DNA of 20,000 nt from an uncultured virus (IMG/VR IMGVR_UViG_3300044296_000314). Taxonomy: Duplodnaviria > Heunggongvirae > Uroviricota > Caudoviricetes. Numbering within the stretch: the first letter of the stretch is position 1; every line of letters starts with the position of its first letter. Below the pieces are notes generated by a model. It saw nothing but the letters and a program-made list of their open reading frames with translations, was not told the DNA's origin and did no database searches. This document shows positions 7,034 through 15,874 of this stretch, piece after piece. A program made the translations under genes and the position numbers. Where the stretch lies: IMG/VR virus record IMGVR_UViG_3300044296_000314. One strand, given 5' to 3'.

Positions 7034-10000
7034 TGCCTGTCGGTAATATAAACACTGCCAAAGAGCTGGTGATAGGTTATAAACCCCTGTTGCTGGCAGT
7101 GATCACTTTCACGGACTCCATCGGAAGCCCCACTAAGCGCAGGTACGCTTCGTCCGGACTGAACACCGCTGACGGGAGCTTTGTTCCGGTTATCAGTGGT
7201 TTCCCAGAGACGGGTCAATCATTTCTCACCAGAATCAAGAATTCAGAAATCGCCGCCACGCAAGCTCTCAGCGAGCAAGGCATCGACGTCACGCCCACAG
7301 TAACTTTGGAACTGTCCGACGTGGACAAAGCACTGTGGGTGGACGAAAAGAATCTGGGACACAAAGGGGCTGATCTAACCCTGTACTTTGTGTTTTGGAA
7401 TGTCGGACAAAATGATTTCAGTTCCGATTATTTCCTGATATTTTCAGGTGTTTGCGGACCAGGCAGTGTGTCAGAGAAGACCTTGTCCGTCTCGGCAGTG
7501 AGCCGATCCAATCTTGCCCAGAAATACTTGCCGACGTTCCATGTACAGAGGCGTTGTAGCCACATCTTCCCCGACACGACCCTGTTGAACACCACAGAGG
7601 CTACCGCGCTGCACCAGCAGGTGGCCGACGACCCCAGCCATCCTAGCTATGCGTGTCACTACTCGGTTCTGGCTTCGGGGTCTGGGGCGCGTGGCAACAT
7701 GAACGGAGGGTCTCACTACCAGTCGTGCGGGCAAACGTTTGAGCAGTGTATTGAGCGCATGGGCAATTCCGCCCTGGTGGCGCCCCCGTTTGCTCCTATT
7801 GAGAAGGACACTTCTGGCCGATTTACTGGAACTTTTTCAGGAGTGCGCTGGGATCAACCAGCCAAGTTTCAGTCTCGTGGCTATGCTGAGAAGGCCTCCA
7901 TCGAGGGCTTGAATTCTGTCAACGAAGCCAAGTATAATGACCTAGTCCCCATGGGTTGGGGCACGTTCTGGGTCGATCCTGTGATATTGAACGTAGTTGG
8001 TGATGCCAACTTCACTCGATTCGAGGCCTTGGTAGGCGTGGGTGAGTATTCCAGTCTGCGCAAGGTTATCGTGAATGACATTGAGATCGATAAGTGGGGC
8101 ACCAGCACTGATCAACAGAATCAGCAGATCAGCCTACAGATGCATTGGCGAGAATGGAACACAGGTTCAGTGTTCGGTCGAGTTAATGGGGACACCGTGT
8201 ACGATTTCAACGGGGATCCCTATGGCAGCCAGAAGGTGATCAGCGTAACTATTCCGCGCAAGCTGAATCCCAGCAGTTCGATTCCTCGCGTGCGTATTCT
8301 GGCGGATGGTCCCAAAACTCGCAAATATCAGAGCATCTCCTCAATCAGCGTATCGGGCGGCGTGGCGACTGCCACGTTAGTTGGTATCAACCGGGATATT
8401 GCTGGTAACGGTACATTTAACTTCACCATCGCGGGCAGCAGCAAATCAGACGTCAACGGCAGCTACACCTCGTTGACCAACTGGACGTATGGACCTCCAG
8501 GAACCATCCAGTTCCCTACTGGCGCCTCCAACGGATCTGGCACGGGAGGTTACATACGTTATGAGCAAGTCAATACCAACCCTGCCTGGATCATATTGGA
8601 TGCTTTGACCTGGCTGGACTACAAATACTCCCGCATCGATCTTGACTCCTTCATGGCAGCTGCGGCCTTCTATGATGAAAACATCAACTATACAGATCAG
8701 TACGGAGTGACCAATAGCCATGCCCGATTCAAGCTGAGCCTGGGATTGCGTCAGCGCACTGTTGGGTCGGACCTGATACGGCAGCTCAGGACCAGCTGTC
8801 GCTCAACCCTGGTGCCGCACCCCACCACAGGGGCTTTGCAGCTGATGCCGGATCGGACTCTGGCCTCTCAGCAGCCTAGTGCTGTTGCCGGAAGCAACTA
8901 TAACATCAGCGTAAAGAGCGTCAACGAGGCCGGCACAGTAACTCCTGGGTACGTGGCCTACAAGTTCTCCTACAGCACTATTGCGCAATCTAACGCACAA
9001 GGGGATTCCTCGTTCTCCATGGAACAGCTTCCGATTCAAAGCACTCCCAATCGGGTGTCCTTTCCGTTTGCTGATGAGGACAACAGCTTTCAATCGGACA
9101 GCCTGACGCTAGTGGACGCGGAGGACATTCGGCGCAGTGGCCAGGAAGTTAACGGGTCCATACCAGTGATCGGTATCATGAATTTCGATCAGGCGGCGCG
9201 CACTGCTGCGCATTGGATGGCGATCAAGTCTCGAGGAAACAATAGGGGAGATACAGGCGGCACCTATCAGTTTTCCTTGGAAACCACGTATCGTTGCGTT
9301 CATCTTCGACTTGGTCACATTGTACTTGTGGATTACCCACAGTATGGCCTAAACGCCGGAATTGAGTCCCCAGCGGGAACTGCAATTAACGGGTTCTTGG
9401 CTCGTGTGATGTCGATCAAGCCTTCTGCCAATTTCGAGAGAGTCAAGCTGGTACTGCAGTATCACGTCGATGCTCACTACTTGGACAGCTGGGGACAATC
9501 AGCTGCCCCACGTTACTCCGGACTGAGACGTGACCGATTGTCGCGGCCAGCATTGCCTTGGCTGCCGTACGAGCAACAGCCAGAAGCTTCCTCAAGTCTT
9601 TTTCCTGTTACTGAGTGGGGATTCAGCATTGCGGCGGACTACTCAGTGGGAGCAAACCTGGAGCCTCAGGCTAAACTGATTGCGCGTGGCAAAATGCCAG
9701 TCAATAGCCTGGCGCCTAGCAGTTTATCCCCGCCTGCTGTGGGTAGCCAGGGCACGACCGCTTCGACAGGCGGTACCATCACAGGCAACCAAAAGATCTG
9801 GGCCCAGATAAGCGTGGAGGACTCCGACGGGCTTTCCTCAGCTCCCTCTGATTCAGATACAGCTTGCGAGATTGATATTCCGTCTGGCACCAATACCAAC
9901 ACCATAACCATTCCAGTGCTACAATGGGACTATCCGGAGGGAACCAACTACACCCTATTTGCCGGAAACTCCAGGAGCAAGCTCTCCCAGCAGGCCACTG

Positions 10001-11454
10001 GCGCAGTGACAAGCGACACCACACCAGCGTCCATTACCCTGAGCTCATTGAACGAGGCCACCTGGGGTATGCCGGATGTGGAATTTGACTCCGCTATTCT
10101 GCGCGGTAAGGTTTGCGTTAGAGCTGGACTCATTGGGGCGGAGGTTTTGTCAGTTACCTCCAACACCATACAAATGAGCCTGTTTACGGACAACCCGCTC
10201 ACGGTCAATCAGTTTCAGCCAGTGTCCGGCAAATACTACCACATCATACTTGTGGGCATGGACCAGGACTATCCGTTGCCTTTGGCGAGTTGGTCCATCA
10301 ACAGCAACACTGGAGACACTTTCACAGTAACTGGACCGGATTGCACGACCATTCCGCGTGGAGACGGTACCCTCGGAATGCAGGCTGGTGACGTGGTTGT
10401 GGTAACTATGCGGCCCACTGTCGGATCAGATGCGGATGGCAACTACATAGAAGATCTGAATTGGGTGAACGCGCTCAATCCACTGTTGACCTCCCATGAG
10501 ATTGTGGGAGCTTCCAACTCCACTCCCATTGTCATCTCTACAACTGATTCACACGGATTGGTTAGTGGACAAAAGGTGTTCCAAAAAGACGTGGAGGGTA
10601 ACGTAGCAGCCAACGGCGTGTTCTGGGTGAGCGTGCTCACAGATAACACATTTGAGTTGTATTCTAACGCCAGCCTGATCACTCCGGTTGCCGGGGTGGC
10701 GGACTGGATCAGCGGCGGCACTGTACAGCGCCAGTTGGAAGGTTTGACCGTTGACTCTGACATCGGCTACGAACTGTACTGCATCAAGGGTACTGGGGCG
10801 GGCAACTGGTACAAAATCAAGAAGAACTCCAGCACGCGCATCTGGATCGAAGGCAGCTGGAACGTTACTCCGGACGAAACCAGCGTGTTCGTGGTCAACA
10901 ATAGCGGCTGGAACTTCAACGTTCCGACAGAAACTTTGAATAACACCGTCAATACAACACCGCTCACGTTTACCATGGATATACCCAACTACTTGGGTCA
11001 GGTGCTATTCGTGCAGGGCTTCACGCGAGATGGTGGAGGAAATGAGCCTCACCGGGCCATGTGCCCTTGGCGTTTGATCTATGTGTACGGCAGGACAAAC
11101 ACGACGCTCAGCAACAACGATGGCTACTATGAGATGGAGACCATCGCCGGAGAAGTGACCCCTGATCTGGCCAACGGTCTCAGCCAGCAGGAAAGCGCCA
11201 CCGGCAACGTGTTGGTCAATAACCCGGTCAATAGTGCTGGAGCCATTGTTGCTGGAATGCGACTGTATATTAAGATTGTACAGGATGCCACCGGATACCG
11301 CCAAGTCACCTGGGGATCTGAATTTGTTGGGTTCGCGGACGGCACGGAAGACCCGGTTCAGGATCCGAACACCTACTCTTGGTACGAATTTGTTCGCACT
11401 AACGCCGGCAAGTGGGAACTACGCAACAGTTCAAAAGGAAGACCAATATCATGA
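7033..11454 (+). CDS. Tail tip / baseplate hub protein: gpL-like N-terminus fused to gpJ/Tal-like central fibre (1473 aa)
   Basis: TGATG overlap with Dit. Four-Cys cluster at aa 175/208/232/239. gpJ-like signatures NPAWIILDALT...IDLDSFMAAAAFYDE, PNRVSFPFADEDNSF and HLRLGHIVLVDY. Beta-rich C-terminal domains ending VTPDLANG...VQDATGYRQVTWGS. Confidence 0.85.
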   Translation: MPVGNINTAKELVIGYKPLLLAVITFTDSIGSPTKRRYASSGLNTADGSFVPVISGFPETGQSFLTRIKNSEIAATQALSEQGIDVTPTVTLELSDVDKALWVDEKNLGHKGADLTLYFVFWNVGQNDFSSDYFLIFSGVCGPGSVSEKTLSVSAVSRSNLAQKYLPTFHVQRRCSHIFPDTTLLNTTEATALHQQVADDPSHPSYACHYSVLASGSGARGNMNGGSHYQSCGQTFEQCIERMGNSALVAPPFAPIEKDTSGRFTGTFSGVRWDQPAKFQSRGYAEKASIEGLNSVNEAKYNDLVPMGWGTFWVDPVILNVVGDANFTRFEALVGVGEYSSLRKVIVNDIEIDKWGTSTDQQNQQISLQMHWREWNTGSVFGRVNGDTVYDFNGDPYGSQKVISVTIPRKLNPSSSIPRVRILADGPKTRKYQSISSISVSGGVATATLVGINRDIAGNGTFNFTIAGSSKSDVNGSYTSLTNWTYGPPGTIQFPTGASNGSGTGGYIRYEQVNTNPAWIILDALTWLDYKYSRIDLDSFMAAAAFYDENINYTDQYGVTNSHARFKLSLGLRQRTVGSDLIRQLRTSCRSTLVPHPTTGALQLMPDRTLASQQPSAVAGSNYNISVKSVNEAGTVTPGYVAYKFSYSTIAQSNAQGDSSFSMEQLPIQSTPNRVSFPFADEDNSFQSDSLTLVDAEDIRRSGQEVNGSIPVIGIMNFDQAARTAAHWMAIKSRGNNRGDTGGTYQFSLETTYRCVHLRLGHIVLVDYPQYGLNAGIESPAGTAINGFLARVMSIKPSANFERVKLVLQYHVDAHYLDSWGQSAAPRYSGLRRDRLSRPALPWLPYEQQPEASSSLFPVTEWGFSIAADYSVGANLEPQAKLIARGKMPVNSLAPSSLSPPAVGSQGTTASTGGTITGNQKIWAQISVEDSDGLSSAPSDSDTACEIDIPSGTNTNTITIPVLQWDYPEGTNYTLFAGNSRSKLSQQATGAVTSDTTPASITLSSLNEATWGMPDVEFDSAILRGKVCVRAGLIGAEVLSVTSNTIQMSLFTDNPLTVNQFQPVSGKYYHIILVGMDQDYPLPLASWSINSNTGDTFTVTGPDCTTIPRGDGTLGMQAGDVVVVTMRPTVGSDADGNYIEDLNWVNALNPLLTSHEIVGASNSTPIVISTTDSHGLVSGQKVFQKDVEGNVAANGVFWVSVLTDNTFELYSNASLITPVAGVADWISGGTVQRQLEGLTVDSDIGYELYCIKGTGAGNWYKIKKNSSTRIWIEGSWNVTPDETSVFVVNNSGWNFNVPTETLNNTVNTTPLTFTMDIPNYLGQVLFVQGFTRDGGGNEPHRAMCPWRLIYVYGRTNTTLSNNDGYYEMETIAGEVTPDLANGLSQQESATGNVLVNNPVNSAGAIVAGMRLYIKIVQDATGYRQVTWGSEFVGFADGTEDPVQDPNTYSWYEFVRTNAGKWELRNSSKGRPIS

Positions 11455-14400
11455 ATAAGTTCATAATCGCTCTGCTGCTGTTGATGTTCGAGCTGTGGGG
11501 TCAATCCTACAACAAGCTCCTCATCACGCCGAATCAAACTAACGTCACCCCTGGTATCCTGGGGTTTCGCCCTCTGTACCCGTCAGTGTACGAGGCACAA
11601 ATATCTGCGCCGGATACTTTGGTGGCCACGTATCGCTTACGATTGCCAGGGGGTGTGCCAACGGCTGATGGGCAGTGTCTCACCGGCACTACTGCTGGGT
11701 TGACGAATTGGGCTACCTGCGGGACTGAGCGAACGATGTCCGACTACAATTGGTCTCAGGTAATGGGAGCGCGAAGCGGATCCGGACCGATCACGCTCAC
11801 GTTTACAGGAACCTCTTGTCCGGCGGCTGGAACTGATGCGGCTTACGTGTTGCGCGTGTACGAAACCGTCACGCCCACCACTTATGAGTTGGCAATCTCC
11901 AATGGAACCGGAACCTGTGTTCGTGGTGGAGCAGGAACTATTGTCGCTACTGGACCTACGGGTACCTATACCAACGCTACGGCCACCTCTGCCAGTTCCG
12001 GCGCGCAGGAGGCCATATTTAGTGTGGCTGACGGGCTTCCTGTGCGCGTGCGGGTGAAGGAGGGTGGGTACTATGTGTACTCCGACATCGTTGATGAGAC
12101 ACGTCCTGTGACGATTGCGTGCGATTCCAATTCGGCGCTGTTCGTTCCCATGATCGACAACGTATCGATCATTAACAGCTCATCTCCCAGCGGGATCCGT
12201 GTCTATAATTGCGGCTTCAACAACATCTACGCCAAATCCGGAACCAAGGCAATCAGGACGTATAATCCATACGGCGACAGCTTCGGGTCTTCCATTTCTG
12301 GGAATATGATGGCTGGATTTTCTACCTGCGCGGACCTTCAGACGGTGTACGGAATCAAGTCGTACGAATTCAATCACCACATCGACTGCACGGACACCGC
12401 GCTGTTTTTGTCAAACGTCAATACTGGTGACGCAGGTATCGGCCTGATTGGTCCTGGCAACCTGTTCAGCGACTCAGTGACTGCCAATTATGGCGTGAAT
12501 TGGAATGGTCCGGGCAACCTAAAAATCAAGCACAACAGCTTCAATGGGTATATTGAGCAAATACACCTGGAGCCAAAAATGGGTGTGGTGAACGTGTCTG
12601 GCACATCGGTTACCTGGGTCAGCGGAAACCGATTCCGTTCAACGATGGCCGGGGGCCTGCTCGTTGCCGGATCGACAGTTACCTCCACGATCGCCACCTA
12701 TAACAGCAGCACATCGTTGACCCTGGCAACTTCGCAGCCGACTTGCACCGGATGCTCATACTATGTGAACAACACCGGGCAGATGCAGATCGAGGGAAAC
12801 ACGCTCGACTCCTGGACCTGGACCACGCACACGGTCCGGTTCTCCGGGGGTATCCCGTTCTTCAACTGGCAATTTCAGAACAACTTCACCAGTAATCCCA
12901 ACTCCAGCACTTACTCGGCAGCGGTCACTGTCGACGGTGCCGGTTGGTATTTCGGGTCAATCAAAGGGAACAACCTCCAGAGCAGTTACGCCATTGGCAA
13001 AGCTGTGAATATCACGGCTGGGAACTTCACCACCGTAAGTGATAACGAGGTCGTAAACCACCTCACTGGCGTCAATGTTGGATCTGCCGCTATTTCGACG
13101 ACCGTCGATGGAACAAAGTGTGCAAACAGCAATACCACGAATTGTGTTCTCTCGGCGTCCTCGACGACGATTGCGCGCGAAATCAACTCGGTGACCTATA
13201 CACAGCTTGCCGCTTTAACATCGGCGGACTCATCGACGCTGTATTGCTCAAACTGTAAACGCACGTCGCTCGCCTCCAATACCTGCACCAGCGGTGGCAG
13301 CGGCGCACGCGCTACACGCATCAATGGGACCTGGTCATGCGACGATGGAGCGGTTAGTGGTCCGTGGTCGCCGACTGGTTCTGACATCTATTTCTCCGGC
13401 ACCGGAAACGTTGGTATTCACGGCGTGCCGGTGGCCGACCTTTCGATCACAGGTGGTGGGGCGGGGGCGAATTCACTACTGATCCAGGACGGCAGTGCCA
13501 CCACTACTTTGCAGCTCTTCGCTGACAGTGGTTTCGCTGTGCTTGGCACCTATACCGCGCATCCCTTCATTTTCACGACAGACTCGGTTGGGCGCTGGCG
13601 GCTGACATCAGCGGGCATGCTCCATCCAGAGACCACGGACGCTTACGACATCGGCCTCACCAGCAACCGGGTGCGTGGGCTGTATGCGCGGTTTGGAGAG
13701 TTTATGGTTTCTGGCGGGACGTCGTCATCCGACTATGTCAGCACTCGGAAGGTCAACGTCTGCGACAATTCTGGCGGATCCGGATGCTGGGATATTCAAG
13801 CTGGCGCGTCGATGGCCTCCACTTCAGAGTTCAAAATCCGTGACAACGCGGGATCTAGGTGGTTGGAGGGATGGCGAGCATCGCTTGGTTCGCCGCTGAA
13901 CTTCACGTCCGTCTTCAGTGATTGGATTCCGGCAAAGCGGGCAACTGGTTCTGGAGATGCTGTGAGCGATTCGACATTTCCAAAACTGGGTTCTACTAGC
14001 GCACCGTGGGCAGAGATGCACGCAGATCAGATTTATGGTGATCTGAAATCCAGCACCACGAACACCAAGAAGATCCAACCTGACACTGATTTGACGTGGG
14101 ATCTCGGCGATCCGTCGAAGCAGTACAACGCCTTGTGGGTGGGATCTATTACAGCCACATCCAACATCACGTTTTCAGCGCGTGCCATTTTCTCAGCTGA
14201 TCAGACCATTGACTTCGGCACCTCGTCCAATCGCCTTCGCCGCCTGTATGCGACCGGGTGGACGACATACGGCTCATCGTTTGCGGCGTCTGGATCTTCG
14301 ATCACGATCCAATCTGGCGCCACATTTACTGATGGGCGCACCTGTTCGTCAGGCGATGTGTGGACCTCAGATGCCAGCGGTAATCTGGCGTGCGCTGCTC

Positions 14401-15386
14401 CGTCCGGGGGAGGCGCTTGGACTACAAGTGGATCGGACGTTTACCGCTCTTCTGGAGCTGTGTGGGTGGGCAAGTCAACCAACAACATATCGGCGAAGTT
14501 GGAAGTCGAGAATAGTGCATCAGTAAACCTGTTGCAACTTAAATACACTGGCTCAGTGAGCAGTATCTCTGGCGGCGGCATCAGTGCGCATCAAGGTTCT
14601 TTGCCGACAGCGGCTGATCAGCGACTGGGATTCATGGTGTTTGGCGCGGAGGTCAGCGGTACGCAATACAACCGGGCGGCGATCATGGCGTTTTCCAGCC
14701 AGGCATGGAGCACAGGCAGCGCTGAGGGCGAGTATCTCCAATTCCTCACTACCAACACGGGAAGCACGACCCGCACAGCGCGGTGGCGTGTTGACGCCAA
14801 CGGCGACTGGTTGCCGGAAGCGGCAACGTCGTACTCAGTAGGGTCGAACGCGGCACGCACTCTCAAACTGTGGACCTCCGCACTCGATGCTTCGGGCGCG
14901 GTGACCATGAGCGGGTCCACGATCACGGCGTCGTCGACGTTCAGCAGTGATCTGATTGCCACCACTGGCAGCACGTATGCCCTGGGGTCGTCATCGGTGC
15001 GCTGGCTGGCGTATTTGAACACGGTGAACATCAACGGCACAGTAACGCTGAACGGCTCTATCACAGGTGACCTGCTGTTCACTTCGTCCAACACATACGT
15101 GCTCGGATCGTCCACGAACTACCTCAACGGGGCGCACGTCAACACCTACTCTGTTTACGGGCAAGTGAAGCCTGGATCCGGCGTGACTACAGCCGACCTT
15201 GGCGCATCGACGGCGCGGTTCCGCAAAATGTGGATCTCGGATATCAACGCCAACGGAACAATCACCGCGCCTGACGGTAACACTGGGTATAGCGGCACCG
15301 TAACAACGCGTGACTCAGCTGGCACCGGAACATGTGTGCAGAGCTTCTCGGGCGGAATTCTTACTGGGAAAACAGGAACCTGCTAA
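11451..15386 (+). CDS. Tail fibre/tailspike-like receptor-binding protein (1311 aa) with signal-peptide-like N-terminus, beta-helix and fibre repeats
   Basis: ATGA overlap with the hub gene and AAGGAAG SD (11435-11441) favour ATG 11451 over 11412. Ser/Thr/Gly-rich. It has the fibre motif YRLRLPGG..DGQCLT..GLTNW, an Asn-rich beta-helix-like region (about 12000-13170) and 8 degenerate P-x-T-x-x-Y-D-L-G-S-S-x-x-R-W-type repeats. Confidence 0.8.
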   Translation: MNKFIIALLLLMFELWGQSYNKLLITPNQTNVTPGILGFRPLYPSVYEAQISAPDTLVATYRLRLPGGVPTADGQCLTGTTAGLTNWATCGTERTMSDYNWSQVMGARSGSGPITLTFTGTSCPAAGTDAAYVLRVYETVTPTTYELAISNGTGTCVRGGAGTIVATGPTGTYTNATATSASSGAQEAIFSVADGLPVRVRVKEGGYYVYSDIVDETRPVTIACDSNSALFVPMIDNVSIINSSSPSGIRVYNCGFNNIYAKSGTKAIRTYNPYGDSFGSSISGNMMAGFSTCADLQTVYGIKSYEFNHHIDCTDTALFLSNVNTGDAGIGLIGPGNLFSDSVTANYGVNWNGPGNLKIKHNSFNGYIEQIHLEPKMGVVNVSGTSVTWVSGNRFRSTMAGGLLVAGSTVTSTIATYNSSTSLTLATSQPTCTGCSYYVNNTGQMQIEGNTLDSWTWTTHTVRFSGGIPFFNWQFQNNFTSNPNSSTYSAAVTVDGAGWYFGSIKGNNLQSSYAIGKAVNITAGNFTTVSDNEVVNHLTGVNVGSAAISTTVDGTKCANSNTTNCVLSASSTTIAREINSVTYTQLAALTSADSSTLYCSNCKRTSLASNTCTSGGSGARATRINGTWSCDDGAVSGPWSPTGSDIYFSGTGNVGIHGVPVADLSITGGGAGANSLLIQDGSATTTLQLFADSGFAVLGTYTAHPFIFTTDSVGRWRLTSAGMLHPETTDAYDIGLTSNRVRGLYARFGEFMVSGGTSSSDYVSTRKVNVCDNSGGSGCWDIQAGASMASTSEFKIRDNAGSRWLEGWRASLGSPLNFTSVFSDWIPAKRATGSGDAVSDSTFPKLGSTSAPWAEMHADQIYGDLKSSTTNTKKIQPDTDLTWDLGDPSKQYNALWVGSITATSNITFSARAIFSADQTIDFGTSSNRLRRLYATGWTTYGSSFAASGSSITIQSGATFTDGRTCSSGDVWTSDASGNLACAAPSGGGAWTTSGSDVYRSSGAVWVGKSTNNISAKLEVENSASVNLLQLKYTGSVSSISGGGISAHQGSLPTAADQRLGFMVFGAEVSGTQYNRAAIMAFSSQAWSTGSAEGEYLQFLTTNTGSTTRTARWRVDANGDWLPEAATSYSVGSNAARTLKLWTSALDASGAVTMSGSTITASSTFSSDLIATTGSTYALGSSSVRWLAYLNTVNINGTVTLNGSITGDLLFTSSNTYVLGSSTNYLNGAHVNTYSVYGQVKPGSGVTTADLGASTARFRKMWISDINANGTITAPDGNTGYSGTVTTRDSAGTGTCVQSFSGGILTGKTGTC

Positions 15387-15484
15387 GCAAATGTTGTGGA
15401 TTGCGACCCAGCGTAATTGTGGTCTACTGATGAGCGGCCCGTGCTAAACCATGCAAAATTCAAAACTTAACCGGAAAAGGGGTA

Positions 15485-15490
15485 TATAAT
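15485..15490 (+). promoter_or_regulatory. -10 box (TATAAT) positioned for a leaderless transcript
   Basis: GGTA-TATAAT-AAGAAT-ATG: 6 nt between the -10 box and ATG 15497, no SD, A-rich upstream. Confidence 0.55.
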
Positions 15491-15496
15491 AAGAAT

Positions 15497-15835
15497 ATGC
15501 GTATCTCAATGTTGCTGGTTTTCGTCTTTTGTTTGTCGGTGAGCGCTCAGACCCCAGAAGCGAAACCGACGGAAGCCCCTAAGAGGATGGAATTGTCCAA
15601 CGAGGACAACATGCGAGTGGAAAACATTCAACTGCGCTTCGAGCTGCTTAGCAAAGATCTGAACGCGCTGTTCGCCCAATACTGCATGCAACTGGGCGGC
15701 AAATCGCCTCAGGACTGCATTACCCTTCCGCCCAGTCAGTCTTCCCCTCGTTATTCCGTGCAGTTGAAGCCAACTTTGGCAATCCGGACGCCAGCTCAAG
15801 CTGATCCAAAAGCCACGGCGACTGCCTCCAAATAG
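15497..15835 (+). CDS. Small secreted/periplasmic protein with coiled coil and Cys pair (112 aa)
   Basis: Sec-type signal MRISMLLVFVFCLSVSA|QTP (V-S-A cleavage), heptad-like LSNEDNMRVENIQLRFELLSKDLNALF, then YCMQLGGKSPQDC and a Pro/Ala/Thr-rich tail. Confidence 0.75.
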   Translation: MRISMLLVFVFCLSVSAQTPEAKPTEAPKRMELSNEDNMRVENIQLRFELLSKDLNALFAQYCMQLGGKSPQDCITLPPSQSSPRYSVQLKPTLAIRTPAQADPKATATASK

Positions 15836-15874
15836 CACGACTTGAGGTCTTTGTAGTCATAAGGCTCCTCCCAA

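Noticed and set aside
11412..11450. Longer fibre N-terminus from GTG 11412, which would extend the signal n-region
   Set aside because: ATG 11451 has an SD and an ATGA overlap with the upstream stop, matching the coupling of the other tail genes.
15720..15872. Minus-strand GGGAGGAG SD plus ATG 15860 opening a 46-aa ORF, ATGA-coupled to antisense ORF 15857..16168
   Set aside because: Both ORFs lie antisense to well-supported + genes and the peptides are featureless; probably chance, though not excluded.
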